A stretch of 64,000 nt of DNA from TPA_inf: Saccharomyces (lineage: Eukaryota): the NCBI GenBank assembly GCA_000146045.2, contig BK006938.2, positions 1,184,001 to 1,248,000 on the forward strand, in the 5' to 3' direction. Shown here one piece after another: positions 23,038-37,111 of this stretch. Below the pieces are notes generated by a model. The model searched no databases and was not told the origin of the DNA. It saw only the letters and a program-made list of their open reading frames with translations. Numbering within the stretch: the first letter of the stretch is position 1; each line of letters begins with the position of its first letter. The translations under genes and the position numbers were made by a program.

Positions 23038-24319
23038 TGGTAGCGCCTGTGCTTCGGTTACTTCTAAGGAAGTCCACACAAATCAAGATCCGTTAGACGT
23101 TTCAGCTTCCAAAACAGAAGAATGTGAGAAGGCTTCCACTAAGGCTAACTCTCAACAGACAACAACACCTGCTTCATCAGCTGTTCCAGAGAACCCCCAT
23201 CATGCCTCTCCTCAACCTGCTTCAGTACCACCTCCACAGAATGGGCCGTACCCACAGCAGTGCATGATGACCCAAAACCAAGCCAATCCATCTGGTTGGT
23301 CATTTTACGGACACCCATCTATGATTCCGTATACACCTTATCAAATGTCGCCTATGTACTTTCCACCTGGGCCACAATCACAGTTTCCGCAGTATCCATC
23401 ATCAGTTGGAACGCCTCTGAGCACTCCATCACCTGAGTCAGGTAATACATTTACTGATTCATCCTCAGCGGACTCTGATATGACATCCACTAAAAAATAT
23501 GTCAGACCACCACCAATGTTAACCTCACCTAATGACTTTCCAAATTGGGTTAAAACATACATCAAATTTTTACAAAACTCGAATCTCGGTGGTATTATTC
23601 CGACAGTAAACGGAAAACCCGTACGTCAGATCACTGATGATGAACTCACCTTCTTGTATAACACTTTTCAAATATTTGCTCCCTCTCAATTCCTACCTAC
23701 CTGGGTCAAAGACATCCTATCCGTTGATTATACGGATATCATGAAAATTCTTTCCAAAAGTATTGAAAAAATGCAATCTGATACCCAAGAGGCAAACGAC
23801 ATTGTGACCCTGGCAAATTTGCAATATAATGGCAGTACACCTGCAGATGCATTTGAAACAAAAGTCACAAACATTATCGACAGACTGAACAATAATGGCA
23901 TTCATATCAATAACAAGGTCGCATGCCAATTAATTATGAGAGGTCTATCTGGCGAATATAAATTTTTACGCTACACACGTCATCGACATCTAAATATGAC
24001 AGTCGCTGAACTGTTCTTAGATATCCATGCTATTTATGAAGAACAACAGGGATCGAGAAACAGCAAACCTAATTACAGGAGAAATCTGAGTGATGAGAAG
24101 AATGATTCTCGCAGCTATACGAATACAACCAAACCCAAAGTTATAGCTCGGAATCCTCAAAAAACAAATAATTCGAAATCGAAAACAGCCAGGGCTCACA
24201 ATGTATCCACATCTAATAACTCTCCCAGCACGGACAACGATTCCATCAGTAAATCAACTACTGAACCGATTCAATTGAACAATAAGCACGACCTTCACCT
24301 TAGGCCAGGAACTTACTGA
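22997..24319 (+). CDS. TYA: Ty1 TYA (Gag capsid protein), 440 aa
   Basis: [32 protein letters not shown]... matches Ty1 Gag. It ends ...HLRPGTY immediately after the frameshift heptamer. Confidence 0.95.
23038..23047 (+). other. Ty1 minus-strand primer binding site (TGGTAGCGCC, complementary to the initiator tRNA-Met 3' end)
   Basis: The 10-nt PBS lies immediately after the 5' LTR end. Confidence 0.7.
24299..24305 (+). other. Ty1 +1 programmed ribosomal frameshift heptamer CUU-AGG-C
   Basis: CTTAGGC sits in the TYA frame 5 codons before the TYA stop. The downstream +1 frame is open through pol. Confidence 0.85.
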
Positions 24320-27300
24320 ATCTACGGTAAATCACACTAATCATTCTGATGATGAACTCCCTGGACACCTCCTTCTCGATTCAGGAGCATCACGAACCCT
24401 TATAAGATCTGCTCATCACATACACTCAGCATCATCTAATCCTGACATAAACGTAGTTGATGCTCAAAAAAGAAATATACCAATTAACGCTATTGGTGAC
24501 CTACAATTTCACTTCCAGGACAACACCAAAACATCAATAAAGGTATTGCACACTCCTAACATAGCCTATGACTTACTCAGTTTGAATGAATTGGCTGCAG
24601 TAGATATCACAGCATGCTTTACCAAAAACGTCTTAGAACGATCTGACGGCACTGTACTTGCACCTATCGTACAATATGGAGACTTTTACTGGGTATCTAA
24701 AAGGTACTTGCTTCCATCAAATATCTCCGTACCCACCATCAATAATGTCCATACAAGTGAAAGTACACGCAAATATCCTTATCCTTTCATTCATCGAATG
24801 CTTGCGCATGCCAATGCACAGACAATTCGATACTCACTTAAAAATAACACCATCACGTATTTTAACGAATCAGATGTCGACTGGTCTAGTGCTATTGACT
24901 ATCAATGTCCTGATTGTTTAATCGGCAAAAGCACCAAACACAGACATATCAAAGGTTCACGACTAAAATACCAAAATTCATACGAACCCTTTCAATACCT
25001 ACATACTGACATATTTGGTCCAGTTCACAACCTACCAAATAGTGCACCATCCTATTTCATCTCATTTACTGATGAGACAACAAAATTCCGTTGGGTTTAT
25101 CCATTACACGACCGTCGCGAGGACTCTATCCTCGATGTTTTTACTACGATACTAGCTTTTATTAAGAACCAGTTTCAGGCCAGTGTCTTGGTTATACAAA
25201 TGGACCGTGGTTCTGAGTATACTAACAGAACTCTCCATAAATTCCTTGAAAAAAATGGTATAACTCCATGCTATACAACCACAGCGGATTCCCGAGCACA
25301 TGGAGTCGCTGAACGGCTAAACCGTACCTTATTAGATGACTGCCGTACTCAACTGCAATGTAGTGGTTTACCGAACTATTTATGGTTCTCTGCAATCGAA
25401 TTTTCTACTATTGTGAGAAATTCACTAGCTTCACCTAAAAGCAAAAAATCTGCAAGACAACATGCTGGCTTGGCAGGACTTGATATCAGTACTTTGTTAC
25501 CTTTCGGTCAACCTGTTATCGTCAATGATCACAACCCTAACTCCAAAATACATCCTCGTGGCATCCCAGGCTACGCTCTACATCCGTCTCGAAACTCTTA
25601 TGGATATATCATCTATCTTCCATCCTTAAAGAAGACAGTAGATACAACTAACTATGTTATTCTTCAGGGCAAGGAATCCAGATTAGATCAATTCAATTAC
25701 GACGCACTCACTTTCGATGAAGACTTAAACCGTTTAACTGCTTCATATCATTCGTTCATTGCGTCAAATGAGATCCAAGAATCCAATGATCTTAACATAG
25801 AATCTGACCATGACTTCCAATCCGACATTGAACTACATCCTGAGCAACCGAGAAATGTCCTTTCAAAAGCTGTGAGTCCAACCGATTCCACACCTCCGTC
25901 AACTCATACTGAAGATTCGAAACGTGTTTCTAAAACCAATATTCGCGCACCCAGAGAAGTTGACCCCAACATATCTGAATCTAATATTCTTCCATCAAAG
26001 AAGAGATCTAGCACCCCCCAAATTTCCAATATCGAGAGTACCGGTTCGGGTGGTATGCATAAATTAAATGTTCCTTTACTTGCTCCCATGTCCCAATCTA
26101 ACACACATGAGTCGTCGCACGCCAGTAAATCTAAAGATTTCAGACACTCAGACTCGTACAGTGAAAATGAGACTAATCATACAAACGTACCAATATCCAG
26201 TACGGGTGGTACCAACAACAAAACTGTTCCGCAGATAAGTGACCAAGAGACTGAGAAAAGGATTATACACCGTTCACCTTCAATCGATGCTTCTCCACCG
26301 GAAAATAATTCATCGCACAATATTGTTCCTATCAAAACGCCAACTACTGTTTCTGAACAGAATACCGAGGAATCTATCATCGCTGATCTCCCACTCCCTG
26401 ATCTACCTCCAGAATCTCCTACCGAATTCCCTGACCCATTTAAAGAACTCCCACCGATAAATTCTCGTCAAACTAATTCCAGTTTGGGTGGTATTGGTGA
26501 CTCTAATGCCTATACTACTATCAACAGTAAGAAAAGATCATTAGAAGATAATGAAACTGAAATTAAGGTATCACGAGACACATGGAATACTAAGAATATG
26601 CGTAGTTTAGAACCTCCGAGATCGAAGAAACGAATTCACCTGATTGCAGCTGTAAAAGCAGTAAAATCAATCAAACCAATACGGACAACCTTACGATACG
26701 ATGAGGCAATCACCTATAATAAAGATATTAAAGAAAAAGAAAAATATATCGAGGCATACCACAAAGAAGTCAATCAACTGTTGAAGATGAAAACTTGGGA
26801 CACTGACGAATATTATGACAGAAAAGAAATAGACCCTAAAAGAGTAATAAACTCAATGTTTATCTTCAACAAGAAACGTGACGGTACTCATAAAGCTAGA
26901 TTTGTTGCAAGAGGTGATATTCAGCATCCTGACACTTACGACTCAGGCATGCAATCCAATACCGTACATCACTATGCATTAATGACATCCCTGTCACTTG
27001 CATTAGACAATAACTACTATATTACACAATTAGACATATCTTCGGCATATTTGTATGCAGACATCAAAGAAGAATTATACATAAGACCTCCACCACATTT
27101 AGGAATGAATGATAAGTTGATACGTTTGAAGAAATCACTTTATGGATTGAAACAAAGTGGAGCGAACTGGTACGAAACTATCAAATCATACCTGATACAA
27201 CAATGTGGTATGGAAGAAGTTCGTGGATGGTCATGCGTATTTAAAAACAGTCAAGTGACAATTTGTTTATTCGTAGATGATATGGTATTGTTTAGCAAAA

Positions 27301-28265
27301 ATCTAAATTCAAACAAAAGAATTATAGAGAAGCTTAAGATGCAATACGACACCAAGATTATAAATCTAGGCGAAAGTGATGAGGAAATTCAATATGACAT
27401 ACTTGGCTTAGAAATCAAATATCAAAGAGGTAAATACATGAAATTAGGTATGGAAAACTCATTAACTGAGAAAATACCCAAATTAAACGTACCTTTGAAT
27501 CCAAAAGGAAGAAAACTTAGCGCTCCAGGTCAACCAGGTCTTTATATAGACCAGGATGAACTAGAAATAGATGAAGATGAATACAAAGAGAAGGTACATG
27601 AAATGCAAAAGTTGATTGGTCTAGCTTCATATGTTGGATATAAATTTAGATTTGACTTACTATACTACATCAACACACTTGCTCAACATATACTATTCCC
27701 CTCTAGGCAAGTTTTAGACATGACATATGAGTTAATACAATTCATGTGGGACACTAGAGATAAACAATTAATATGGCACAAAAACAAACCTACCAAGCCA
27801 GATAATAAACTAGTCGCAATAAGCGATGCTTCATATGGTAACCAACCATATTACAAGTCACAAATTGGTAACATTTTCCTACTCAACGGAAAAGTGATTG
27901 GAGGAAAGTCGACAAAGGCTTCGTTAACATGCACTTCAACTACAGAAGCAGAAATACACGCAGTCAGTGAAGCTATACCGCTATTGAATAACCTCAGTCA
28001 CCTTGTGCAAGAACTTAACAAGAAACCAATTATTAAAGGCTTACTTACTGATAGTAGATCAACGATCAGTATAATTAAGTCTACAAATGAAGAGAAATTT
28101 AGAAACAGATTTTTTGGCACAAAGGCAATGAGACTTAGAGATGAAGTATCAGGTAATAATTTATACGTATACTACATCGAGACCAAGAAGAACATTGCTG
28201 ATGTGATGACAAAACCTCTTCCGATAAAAACATTTAAACTATTAACTAACAAATGGATTCATTAG
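24303..28265 (+). CDS. TYB: Ty1 TYB (Pol: protease DSGAS, integrase HHCC/DDE, reverse transcriptase with the YXDD-type motif FVDD, RNase H), expressed only as a TYA-TYB fusion via +1 frameshift
   Basis: The +1 frame is open from the frameshift site. The [10 protein letters not shown] protease motif lies upstream of the first ATG at 24546, and the [11 protein letters not shown] motif is near 27270. The C-terminal RNase H region ends at 28265. Confidence 0.9.
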
Positions 28266-28278
28266 ATCTATTACATTA

Positions 28279-28287
28279 TGGGTGGTA
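28279..28287 (+). other. Ty1 polypurine tract (TGGGTGGTA) abutting the 3' LTR
   Basis: A purine-rich tract lies directly 5' of TGTTGG at 28288. Confidence 0.6.
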
Positions 28288-28621
28288 TGTTGGAATAGAA
28301 ATCAACTATCATCTACTAACTAGTATTTACATTACTAGTATATTATCATATACGGTGTTAGAAGATGACGCAAATGATGAGAAATAGTCATCTAAATTAG
28401 TGGAAGCTGAAACGCAAGGATTGATAATGTAATAGGATCAATGAATATAAACATATAAAATGATGATAATAATATTTATAGAATTGTGTAGAATTGCAGA
28501 TTCCCTTTTATGGATTCCTAAATCCTTGAGGAGAACTTCTAGTATATTCTGTATACCTAATATTATAGCCTTTATCAACAATGGAATCCCAACAATTATC
28601 TCAACATTCACATATTTCTCA
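28288..28621 (+). repeat. Ty1 3' LTR (delta), 334 bp
   Basis: Identical to the 5' LTR except for 2 substitutions near the 3' end (CACATATTTCTCA versus CACCCATTTCTCA). Confidence 0.9.
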
Positions 28622-28836
28622 AAGCATATATGTAGTATATATACATATACATATATATATTTATATAGGTTTGGGAACCTATGTTTTTTATTGTACCAAA
28701 CGCATCCCTCTTCAATAATCTTCGAAAAAAAAGTGCACAACAAGCGGGAAAATCTGTGTAAAGCTGTATAAGTGATCTGTACAAAAACTACGAAGAAAAG
28801 AAATAATACCAGGGAGGAACTACCAATTGTAACCAT
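28438..28836 (-). CDS. Dubious 132-aa ORF (YDR366C-like) half inside the Ty1 3' LTR; AT-rich, low complexity
   Basis: 132-aa ORF from the six-frame track. It overlaps LTR sequence and has no recognisable domain or codon bias. Confidence 0.2.
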   Translation of the reverse strand: MVTIGSSSLVLFLFFVVFVQITYTALHRFSRLLCTFFSKIIEEGCVWYNKKHRFPNLYKYIYVYVYILHICFEKYVNVEIIVGIPLLIKAIILGIQNILEVLLKDLGIHKRESAILHNSINIIIIILYVYIH

Positions 28837-28847
28837 TAACCTTAGTT

Positions 28848-29614
28848 ATGAGATCATCTCTTCTAACCCTTCCAAAAGTATGTTTCCGGCAAACGCTATA
28901 AATTTTTGTTAACTTGTAAGGATTCGAAGCAAAGCACAATTTTACTAACCTGTTCTCAAACATATTTTTTTTTCATAGTCTTTTTTGGGGTTTATGCCGC
29001 TATACCTTGCAGTTGAGATTGTCTTAGGTATTTCCATTCTAAACAAATGCAGTGGTGCTTATGGTATTTTAGCATTGTTCACGGGTCATCCGTTGGATTT
29101 TATGCAATGGATAGCATATCTTTGGTCGGTATTTACATTAATCGTATTCTCACAAGGGCTGTATTTGATTCATAAGCCAAACTTGCTGGTATTTTCGCAA
29201 ATCTGCGTACTTTATACAATCGATACCATTTCCACTTGTTTTTTTACTCTATGGTTTACCACGCAATGGTTCACCTTGGAAGACACTGCTAATATTGATG
29301 GAAATAATGCACTACAAAGTAACCCAATATCGACAGGTAAGCTGACAGAACGTGGTATTGATATAAGTAAACAAAGTGCAACTGAAAGCTACGAATATAC
29401 CATGACTATTTTAATTACGTTGGTGTCATTGATATTCAGGTTCTACTTTAACTTCATTTTGGCATCTTTTGTTCAAGAATTGTTACACCACCCCAAATAT
29501 TTAGTTGATAGGGATGACGTAGAACAAAACTTGAAAAACAAGCCTATTTGGAAAAGACTGTGGGCTAAGAGCCAAAAAGGTTGTTATAAGCTATGTAAGA
29601 ATTTGTTAGAGTAA
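28848..29614 (+). CDS. KEI1: Kex2-cleavable Golgi membrane protein, spliced: exon 1 28848-28877 (10 codons, MRSSLLTLPK), intron 28878-28978, exon 2 28979-29614; 221 aa
   Basis: GTATGT donor at 28878, TACTAAC branch point at 28943-28949 and a CATAG acceptor ending at 28978. Exon 2 joins in frame to the 209-aa ORF MGFMPLYLAVE... Confidence 0.8.
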
Positions 29615-29903
29615 ATAGTAAAATAAAGCCCTAGCGTTATAGCGTTTTACACTGATGAAGAAATGTTTCTATTCTGACATCATAAAATCATTCTCACTGA
29701 TGCTATTGTCACTTTTCATCACGTGTGTATTTAAGTAGCTCTTACGTAATTTTGAAAAAAAAGGAAAAAGGAAACTATATAGCACGCAATTCCCTATTTG
29801 GTTGCAATTCAATTCCGTGAAACCCTTTTCTTTTCTAAAGTGATAATAAAGTAACTTTGCAATATAATCAGGTCGCAAATATACCCACAGATAATAATCT
29901 ACC

Positions 29904-30842
29904 ATGCCTGCTACGTTAAAGAATTCTTCTGCTACATTAAAACTAAATACTGGTGCCTCCATTCCAGTGTTGGGTTTCGGCACTTGGCGTTCCGTTGACA
30001 ATAACGGTTACCATTCTGTAATTGCAGCTTTGAAAGCTGGATACAGACACATTGATGCTGCGGCTATCTATTTGAATGAAGAAGAAGTTGGCAGGGCTAT
30101 TAAAGATTCCGGAGTCCCTCGTGAGGAAATTTTTATTACTACTAAGCTTTGGGGTACGGAACAACGTGATCCGGAAGCTGCTCTAAACAAGTCTTTGAAA
30201 AGACTAGGCTTGGATTATGTTGACCTATATCTGATGCATTGGCCAGTGCCTTTGAAAACCGACAGAGTTACTGATGGTAACGTTCTGTGCATTCCAACAT
30301 TAGAAGATGGCACTGTTGACATCGATACTAAGGAATGGAATTTTATCAAGACGTGGGAGTTGATGCAAGAGTTGCCAAAGACGGGCAAAACTAAAGCCGT
30401 TGGTGTCTCTAATTTTTCTATTAACAACATTAAAGAATTATTAGAATCTCCAAATAACAAGGTGGTACCAGCTACTAATCAAATTGAAATTCATCCATTG
30501 CTACCACAAGACGAATTGATTGCCTTTTGTAAGGAAAAGGGTATTGTTGTTGAAGCCTACTCACCATTTGGGAGTGCTAATGCTCCTTTACTAAAAGAGC
30601 AAGCAATTATTGATATGGCTAAAAAGCACGGCGTTGAGCCAGCACAGCTTATTATCAGTTGGAGTATTCAAAGAGGCTACGTTGTTCTGGCCAAATCGGT
30701 TAATCCTGAAAGAATTGTATCCAATTTTAAGATTTTCACTCTGCCTGAGGATGATTTCAAGACTATTAGTAACCTATCCAAAGTGCATGGTACAAAGAGA
30801 GTCGTTGATATGAAGTGGGGATCCTTCCCAATTTTCCAATGA
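29904..30842 (+). CDS. YPR1: NADPH-dependent aldo-keto reductase, 312 aa
   Basis: 312-aa ORF with the AKR signature (GYRHIDAAAIYLNE; LWGTEQ...). Matches Ypr1. Confidence 0.88.
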   Translation: MPATLKNSSATLKLNTGASIPVLGFGTWRSVDNNGYHSVIAALKAGYRHIDAAAIYLNEEEVGRAIKDSGVPREEIFITTKLWGTEQRDPEAALNKSLKRLGLDYVDLYLMHWPVPLKTDRVTDGNVLCIPTLEDGTVDIDTKEWNFIKTWELMQELPKTGKTKAVGVSNFSINNIKELLESPNNKVVPATNQIEIHPLLPQDELIAFCKEKGIVVEAYSPFGSANAPLLKEQAIIDMAKKHGVEPAQLIISWSIQRGYVVLAKSVNPERIVSNFKIFTLPEDDFKTISNLSKVHGTKRVVDMKWGSFPIFQ

Positions 30843-31015
30843 GCGCGCTACATTACAGTTAATGCCTCCAGCAACCTGTAGTGCTTCTTTAAACCGATCC
30901 GATACAGCTGAAACAAACATTGATTTTACTAATTTTCATATAATATATACACATATATCGAATGATAATGCAAAATATAATTTAATGAAATTGGAAATAC
31001 TCGGAAAATTTATCA

Positions 31016-33601
<2,586 letters not shown>

Positions 33602-33781
33602 TCAGTATTGTTGCTCATCTATTACAAAATTCTGCTTATTTGGTTTACGCATTGCTTTTCATAGAAAAAAAGGGCTCCCCATATAAATTTAAGAAAAGTA
33701 CTAATATTTAGCGTAGTTAACAACTTTACGAAAATGAAAATGAAATATTTCTCGGAAAAGTATTATATATTATACACGTCT

Positions 33782-35110
33782 CTACATTCCAAATAATTCT
33801 ACGTTTCTTGGAGTAGTCTTAAGTTTAGTGATGACGATGGCGTTGTTAGTATCTATACCGATTTCAAATGATTCTGGTTTTGTACTGCTATAGTCAGAGA
33901 TATTTGCCTCCACCAGCTTACAAATTGCTTCAATACAATAATGACACCATTCTACCGCAATTTGGGCATTATAGTTAAGTTCCTTTTTATTTGTAGGTAG
34001 ACCTGGGTGATTGAATTTCTTACATAATAAGTCCCTTGAGTACCATTGAATGTCTAGTAATTGACCGCTATGACTGTCCCTCAAACCTATCATGATATCT
34101 GAGTTCGGTAATAAACCCGTCTGTACCCACGTTTTCAGAAGTTTTCTCCTATGATTGGAATTGTGCATTGATAATGGGGCAAAACACTTTAGTTCTGTGT
34201 TTGTCTCCGAAACAGGATTGAATGCATCCATTTCGCAGCGAATTAAAAGACCAATTTCTTCTGAAAGTTTACTCTCTACAAGAGAAAAAATAGGACATTT
34301 AGAGCCAGTTAAATCAGCGACTTTGGAATTTTCGGTTACCCAATTTTCAAATTCAAATCCTGAATAGCAAATTTTCTTCATATTTGGATCATTTGAATAA
34401 ATGCCCTCTTTGGACATTTGAGAATCTTTTTTTACATTTCTGCAAAATGAAAGAAGGCCCGCCCCCATATAAGTTACAATTAGTGACGTTTGTCTATTTC
34501 GCCTGTTAAAGAGATGCATAGTCAAATCTACGATATGATGTCTTGTGGTTACAACAGTAAATTTCTTGCCGATCTTAAAATCCTTACCAGGATTATCTAG
34601 TATCCAGTTCTCAATGTATGAAAAACACGGTGATACACTATCTAATTCGGATATTGTCATGGGAACGAACTCATCAATATTAGCAAATAAGTCATGGCCT
34701 AAATACGGGACTTTCCGCTTTTTTGCCTCAAGAAGCGAGCTTTCATACAATTCAGCAATACTTTCTTTCAAATTTGGTATAAGGTCTTTGCGTAGGATTG
34801 TATAAGCCCGGCCATTGGTAAACAGAGCTACTTCTTTACTTTCATGAAATATATCTCTTGGTGGTTTCGTCAAAAAATTGTGCATACCAGTATGCAGAAA
34901 AGACGTATATGGGATACATATAAGTTTCGGACGTCTCTTTCTATAATTGTCTCTCTGTTGTGAAGGCTTCCTTGACGAAGATGAATCAGAAGTAGTTTTC
35001 TCTTTGCATAATTTACTTTGGTGTCCTCTCTCGAGATTGGGCACAGTAAGCAAATTTATACCTTCTAAATCTTTGGCCAATCCAAGAACAGCATCTTGTT
35101 CAGTTGACAT
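33782..35110 (-). CDS. DXO1: Decapping exonuclease (Rai1/DXO family), 442 aa
   Basis: 442-aa ORF matching YDR370C. Confidence 0.8.
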   Translation of the reverse strand: MSTEQDAVLGLAKDLEGINLLTVPNLERGHQSKLCKEKTTSDSSSSRKPSQQRDNYRKRRPKLICIPYTSFLHTGMHNFLTKPPRDIFHESKEVALFTNGRAYTILRKDLIPNLKESIAELYESSLLEAKKRKVPYLGHDLFANIDEFVPMTISELDSVSPCFSYIENWILDNPGKDFKIGKKFTVVTTRHHIVDLTMHLFNRRNRQTSLIVTYMGAGLLSFCRNVKKDSQMSKEGIYSNDPNMKKICYSGFEFENWVTENSKVADLTGSKCPIFSLVESKLSEEIGLLIRCEMDAFNPVSETNTELKCFAPLSMHNSNHRRKLLKTWVQTGLLPNSDIMIGLRDSHSGQLLDIQWYSRDLLCKKFNHPGLPTNKKELNYNAQIAVEWCHYCIEAICKLVEANISDYSSTKPESFEIGIDTNNAIVITKLKTTPRNVELFGM

Positions 35111-35412
35111 AACTGAGTTTGGCTAGAAAGAAAACTTTGACATAAAATCATCGATACCTACAACTGGCGCTGTAATGCAACAATGCCATTATAAAAGTAA
35201 AACATGCTGCGAAAATTGCGGAAAAACTGGAAAAATCAATAGTGGGGTAATCCCAGTTAGTTTGACACAATAATTTGGTGATTTTGGTGGAATAATCATT
35301 ATTTGTGAGGATACACCAACGAAAAGAACCTTTTGTGGTAGTATGGTCCAACAATTGTATTTGCAGGTTGGTACTAACAACCTCTATAAGTAGACGATAC
35401 AAGAGTGATCAT

Positions 35413-36948
35413 ATGGTAGGACACTCAGCTCAGCACAGATCAAAAAGCAGCTTAGTGTCTCACCTACTAATACTACTTATCTTTATAACGATTATTATTG
35501 AAATGTGTTTATATAATAAAATTTTTAAGAACCAAAGGTCGGATGATATTAGAGACAACTTTAACAATGGCGGACATCGAGTTCCCAGTAATGTCCAAAA
35601 TCATGGAACCCATATAAGAGACGAAGCCTTTATATCAGGGGTCTATTATTCCAATTGGTCCCCATACAAACCGAGGTTTCATTTCCCTCACGACATAAAC
35701 TTGAAGCAAGTGTCTCACATTTACTATGCATTTTTCAAAATAAACTCTAGAACTGGTGGTATAGAAAACACGGATAGTTGGTCTGATCTAGAAATGAATT
35801 TGTATAAATCGCTGGCAATTAAAAATTCAGAACTAATTAAAGAAAGCTCGAACAATAGTGTCCAAAACATCCTACCCTTAGGTTGCATTGGTGAACTATT
35901 TTATTTGAAGAATACCTGTTCTGATAAGAAATTTAAAGTTATCATGTCAATTGGGGGCTGGTCTGATAGTGAAAATTTCAAAATCATAATTAAAGATGAT
36001 AAACTCTTACAAAATTTTGTTGATTCGTCGGTGGAAACAATGTTCAGATTAGGATTTGATGGCATTGATCTAGACTGGGAGTTCCCTGGTAACAATGAAT
36101 CAGAACCTCGCGGATATCTGAAACTGGTCAGAATGCTGCGATTAAAACTAAACAGCCTCGAATCCCAAATATTTGGGAAACGTACTGAAGATCATTTTCA
36201 ATTATCTATTGCGGCACCTGCATTCAAGGATAAATTATTTTACTTGCCAATCACAGAAATTGATCAATATGTTGACTACTGGAATATGATGACGTACGAT
36301 TATTATGGCTCGTGGTCAGAAACAACAGGATATCACAGCAATCTATTCAGTGAGACGGAATTGAATGGAAACTTTGCCATGCATTATATGATCGATAGAT
36401 TTGGCGTCAATTCTAGAAAATTAGTACTGGGAATGGCCGCCTACGGAAGAAGTTTCCATATCAAAGATAACAAATTCGAACCATTCAATCAAAATACTGT
36501 ATTAATTAACAAAATTTTCAAAGGAGTGGGCAAGCCCACTAAAGAAATAGATAAAGCTGATGGCAAGGAGGGCATCTGGCCTTACAAAAATTTACCAAAG
36601 ATTGGTACAATAGAACAATACGATCCAAAATATGTTTCAGCATATTGCTTTGATGAAAAAAATTCAATATTTATCAGTTATGATAACACTAAATCAGTCA
36701 AAACTAAGGCTGAATATGTGACACATAACAATTTAGGCGGAGGCTTTTGGTGGGAGTCATGTGGTGAAGCTTATGCAAATGAGTCAAGGTCGTTGATAAA
36801 CGCATTTAATGAAGGCTTGCACTTTAATGTGTCATCAAAACCATCAATATTTCAAGATGTGAGAGTTAAAAAATATTACTTGAATAAATATGGCGATGGC
36901 GGATTTTTATCTCCATATTTAAAGCATTTGGATTCAAGAAAGCAATGA
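35413..36948 (+). CDS. CTS2: GH18 sporulation-specific chitinase, 511 aa from Met MVGHSAQ...; an in-frame upstream ATG at 35305 would add 36 codons
   Basis: The GH18 catalytic motif FDGIDLDWEFP is present. An N-terminal hydrophobic segment follows the MVGHS start. Confidence 0.82.
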   Translation: MVGHSAQHRSKSSLVSHLLILLIFITIIIEMCLYNKIFKNQRSDDIRDNFNNGGHRVPSNVQNHGTHIRDEAFISGVYYSNWSPYKPRFHFPHDINLKQVSHIYYAFFKINSRTGGIENTDSWSDLEMNLYKSLAIKNSELIKESSNNSVQNILPLGCIGELFYLKNTCSDKKFKVIMSIGGWSDSENFKIIIKDDKLLQNFVDSSVETMFRLGFDGIDLDWEFPGNNESEPRGYLKLVRMLRLKLNSLESQIFGKRTEDHFQLSIAAPAFKDKLFYLPITEIDQYVDYWNMMTYDYYGSWSETTGYHSNLFSETELNGNFAMHYMIDRFGVNSRKLVLGMAAYGRSFHIKDNKFEPFNQNTVLINKIFKGVGKPTKEIDKADGKEGIWPYKNLPKIGTIEQYDPKYVSAYCFDEKNSIFISYDNTKSVKTKAEYVTHNNLGGGFWWESCGEAYANESRSLINAFNEGLHFNVSSKPSIFQDVRVKKYYLNKYGDGGFLSPYLKHLDSRKQ

Positions 36949-37111
36949 ATACGAATGTGGGCGTATATAATAACAAAAAGTTTGGTCTATTTATTATCCA
37001 CTCCGTATATGTATATACATATATACAAATTTCGTTTATTAATGTTAGAGGCTTATAAAAAAAAGCTTGACTTTTCCTTATGTTTCAAAGAGAGGATTTT
37101 TGTTGTTATTT

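Larger units (their letters stand above)
22704..28621 (+). mobile_element. Full-length Ty1 LTR retrotransposon (5.9 kb) flanked by 5-bp target-site duplication AAGCA (22699-22703 and 28622-28626)
   Basis: Two 334-bp direct LTRs (TGTTGG...TTTCTCA) enclose TYA (Gag) and TYB (PR-IN-RT-RH) ORFs. The PBS, PPT and CTTAGGC frameshift heptamer are all present. Confidence 0.95.

Noticed and set aside
29669-30001. 110-aa minus ORF overlapping the YPR1 start
   Set aside because: It is antisense to the YPR1 5' end and promoter, with no support.
35148-35402. Small minus-strand ORFs upstream of and overlapping the CTS2 5' extension
   Set aside because: They are short, AT-rich and unsupported.
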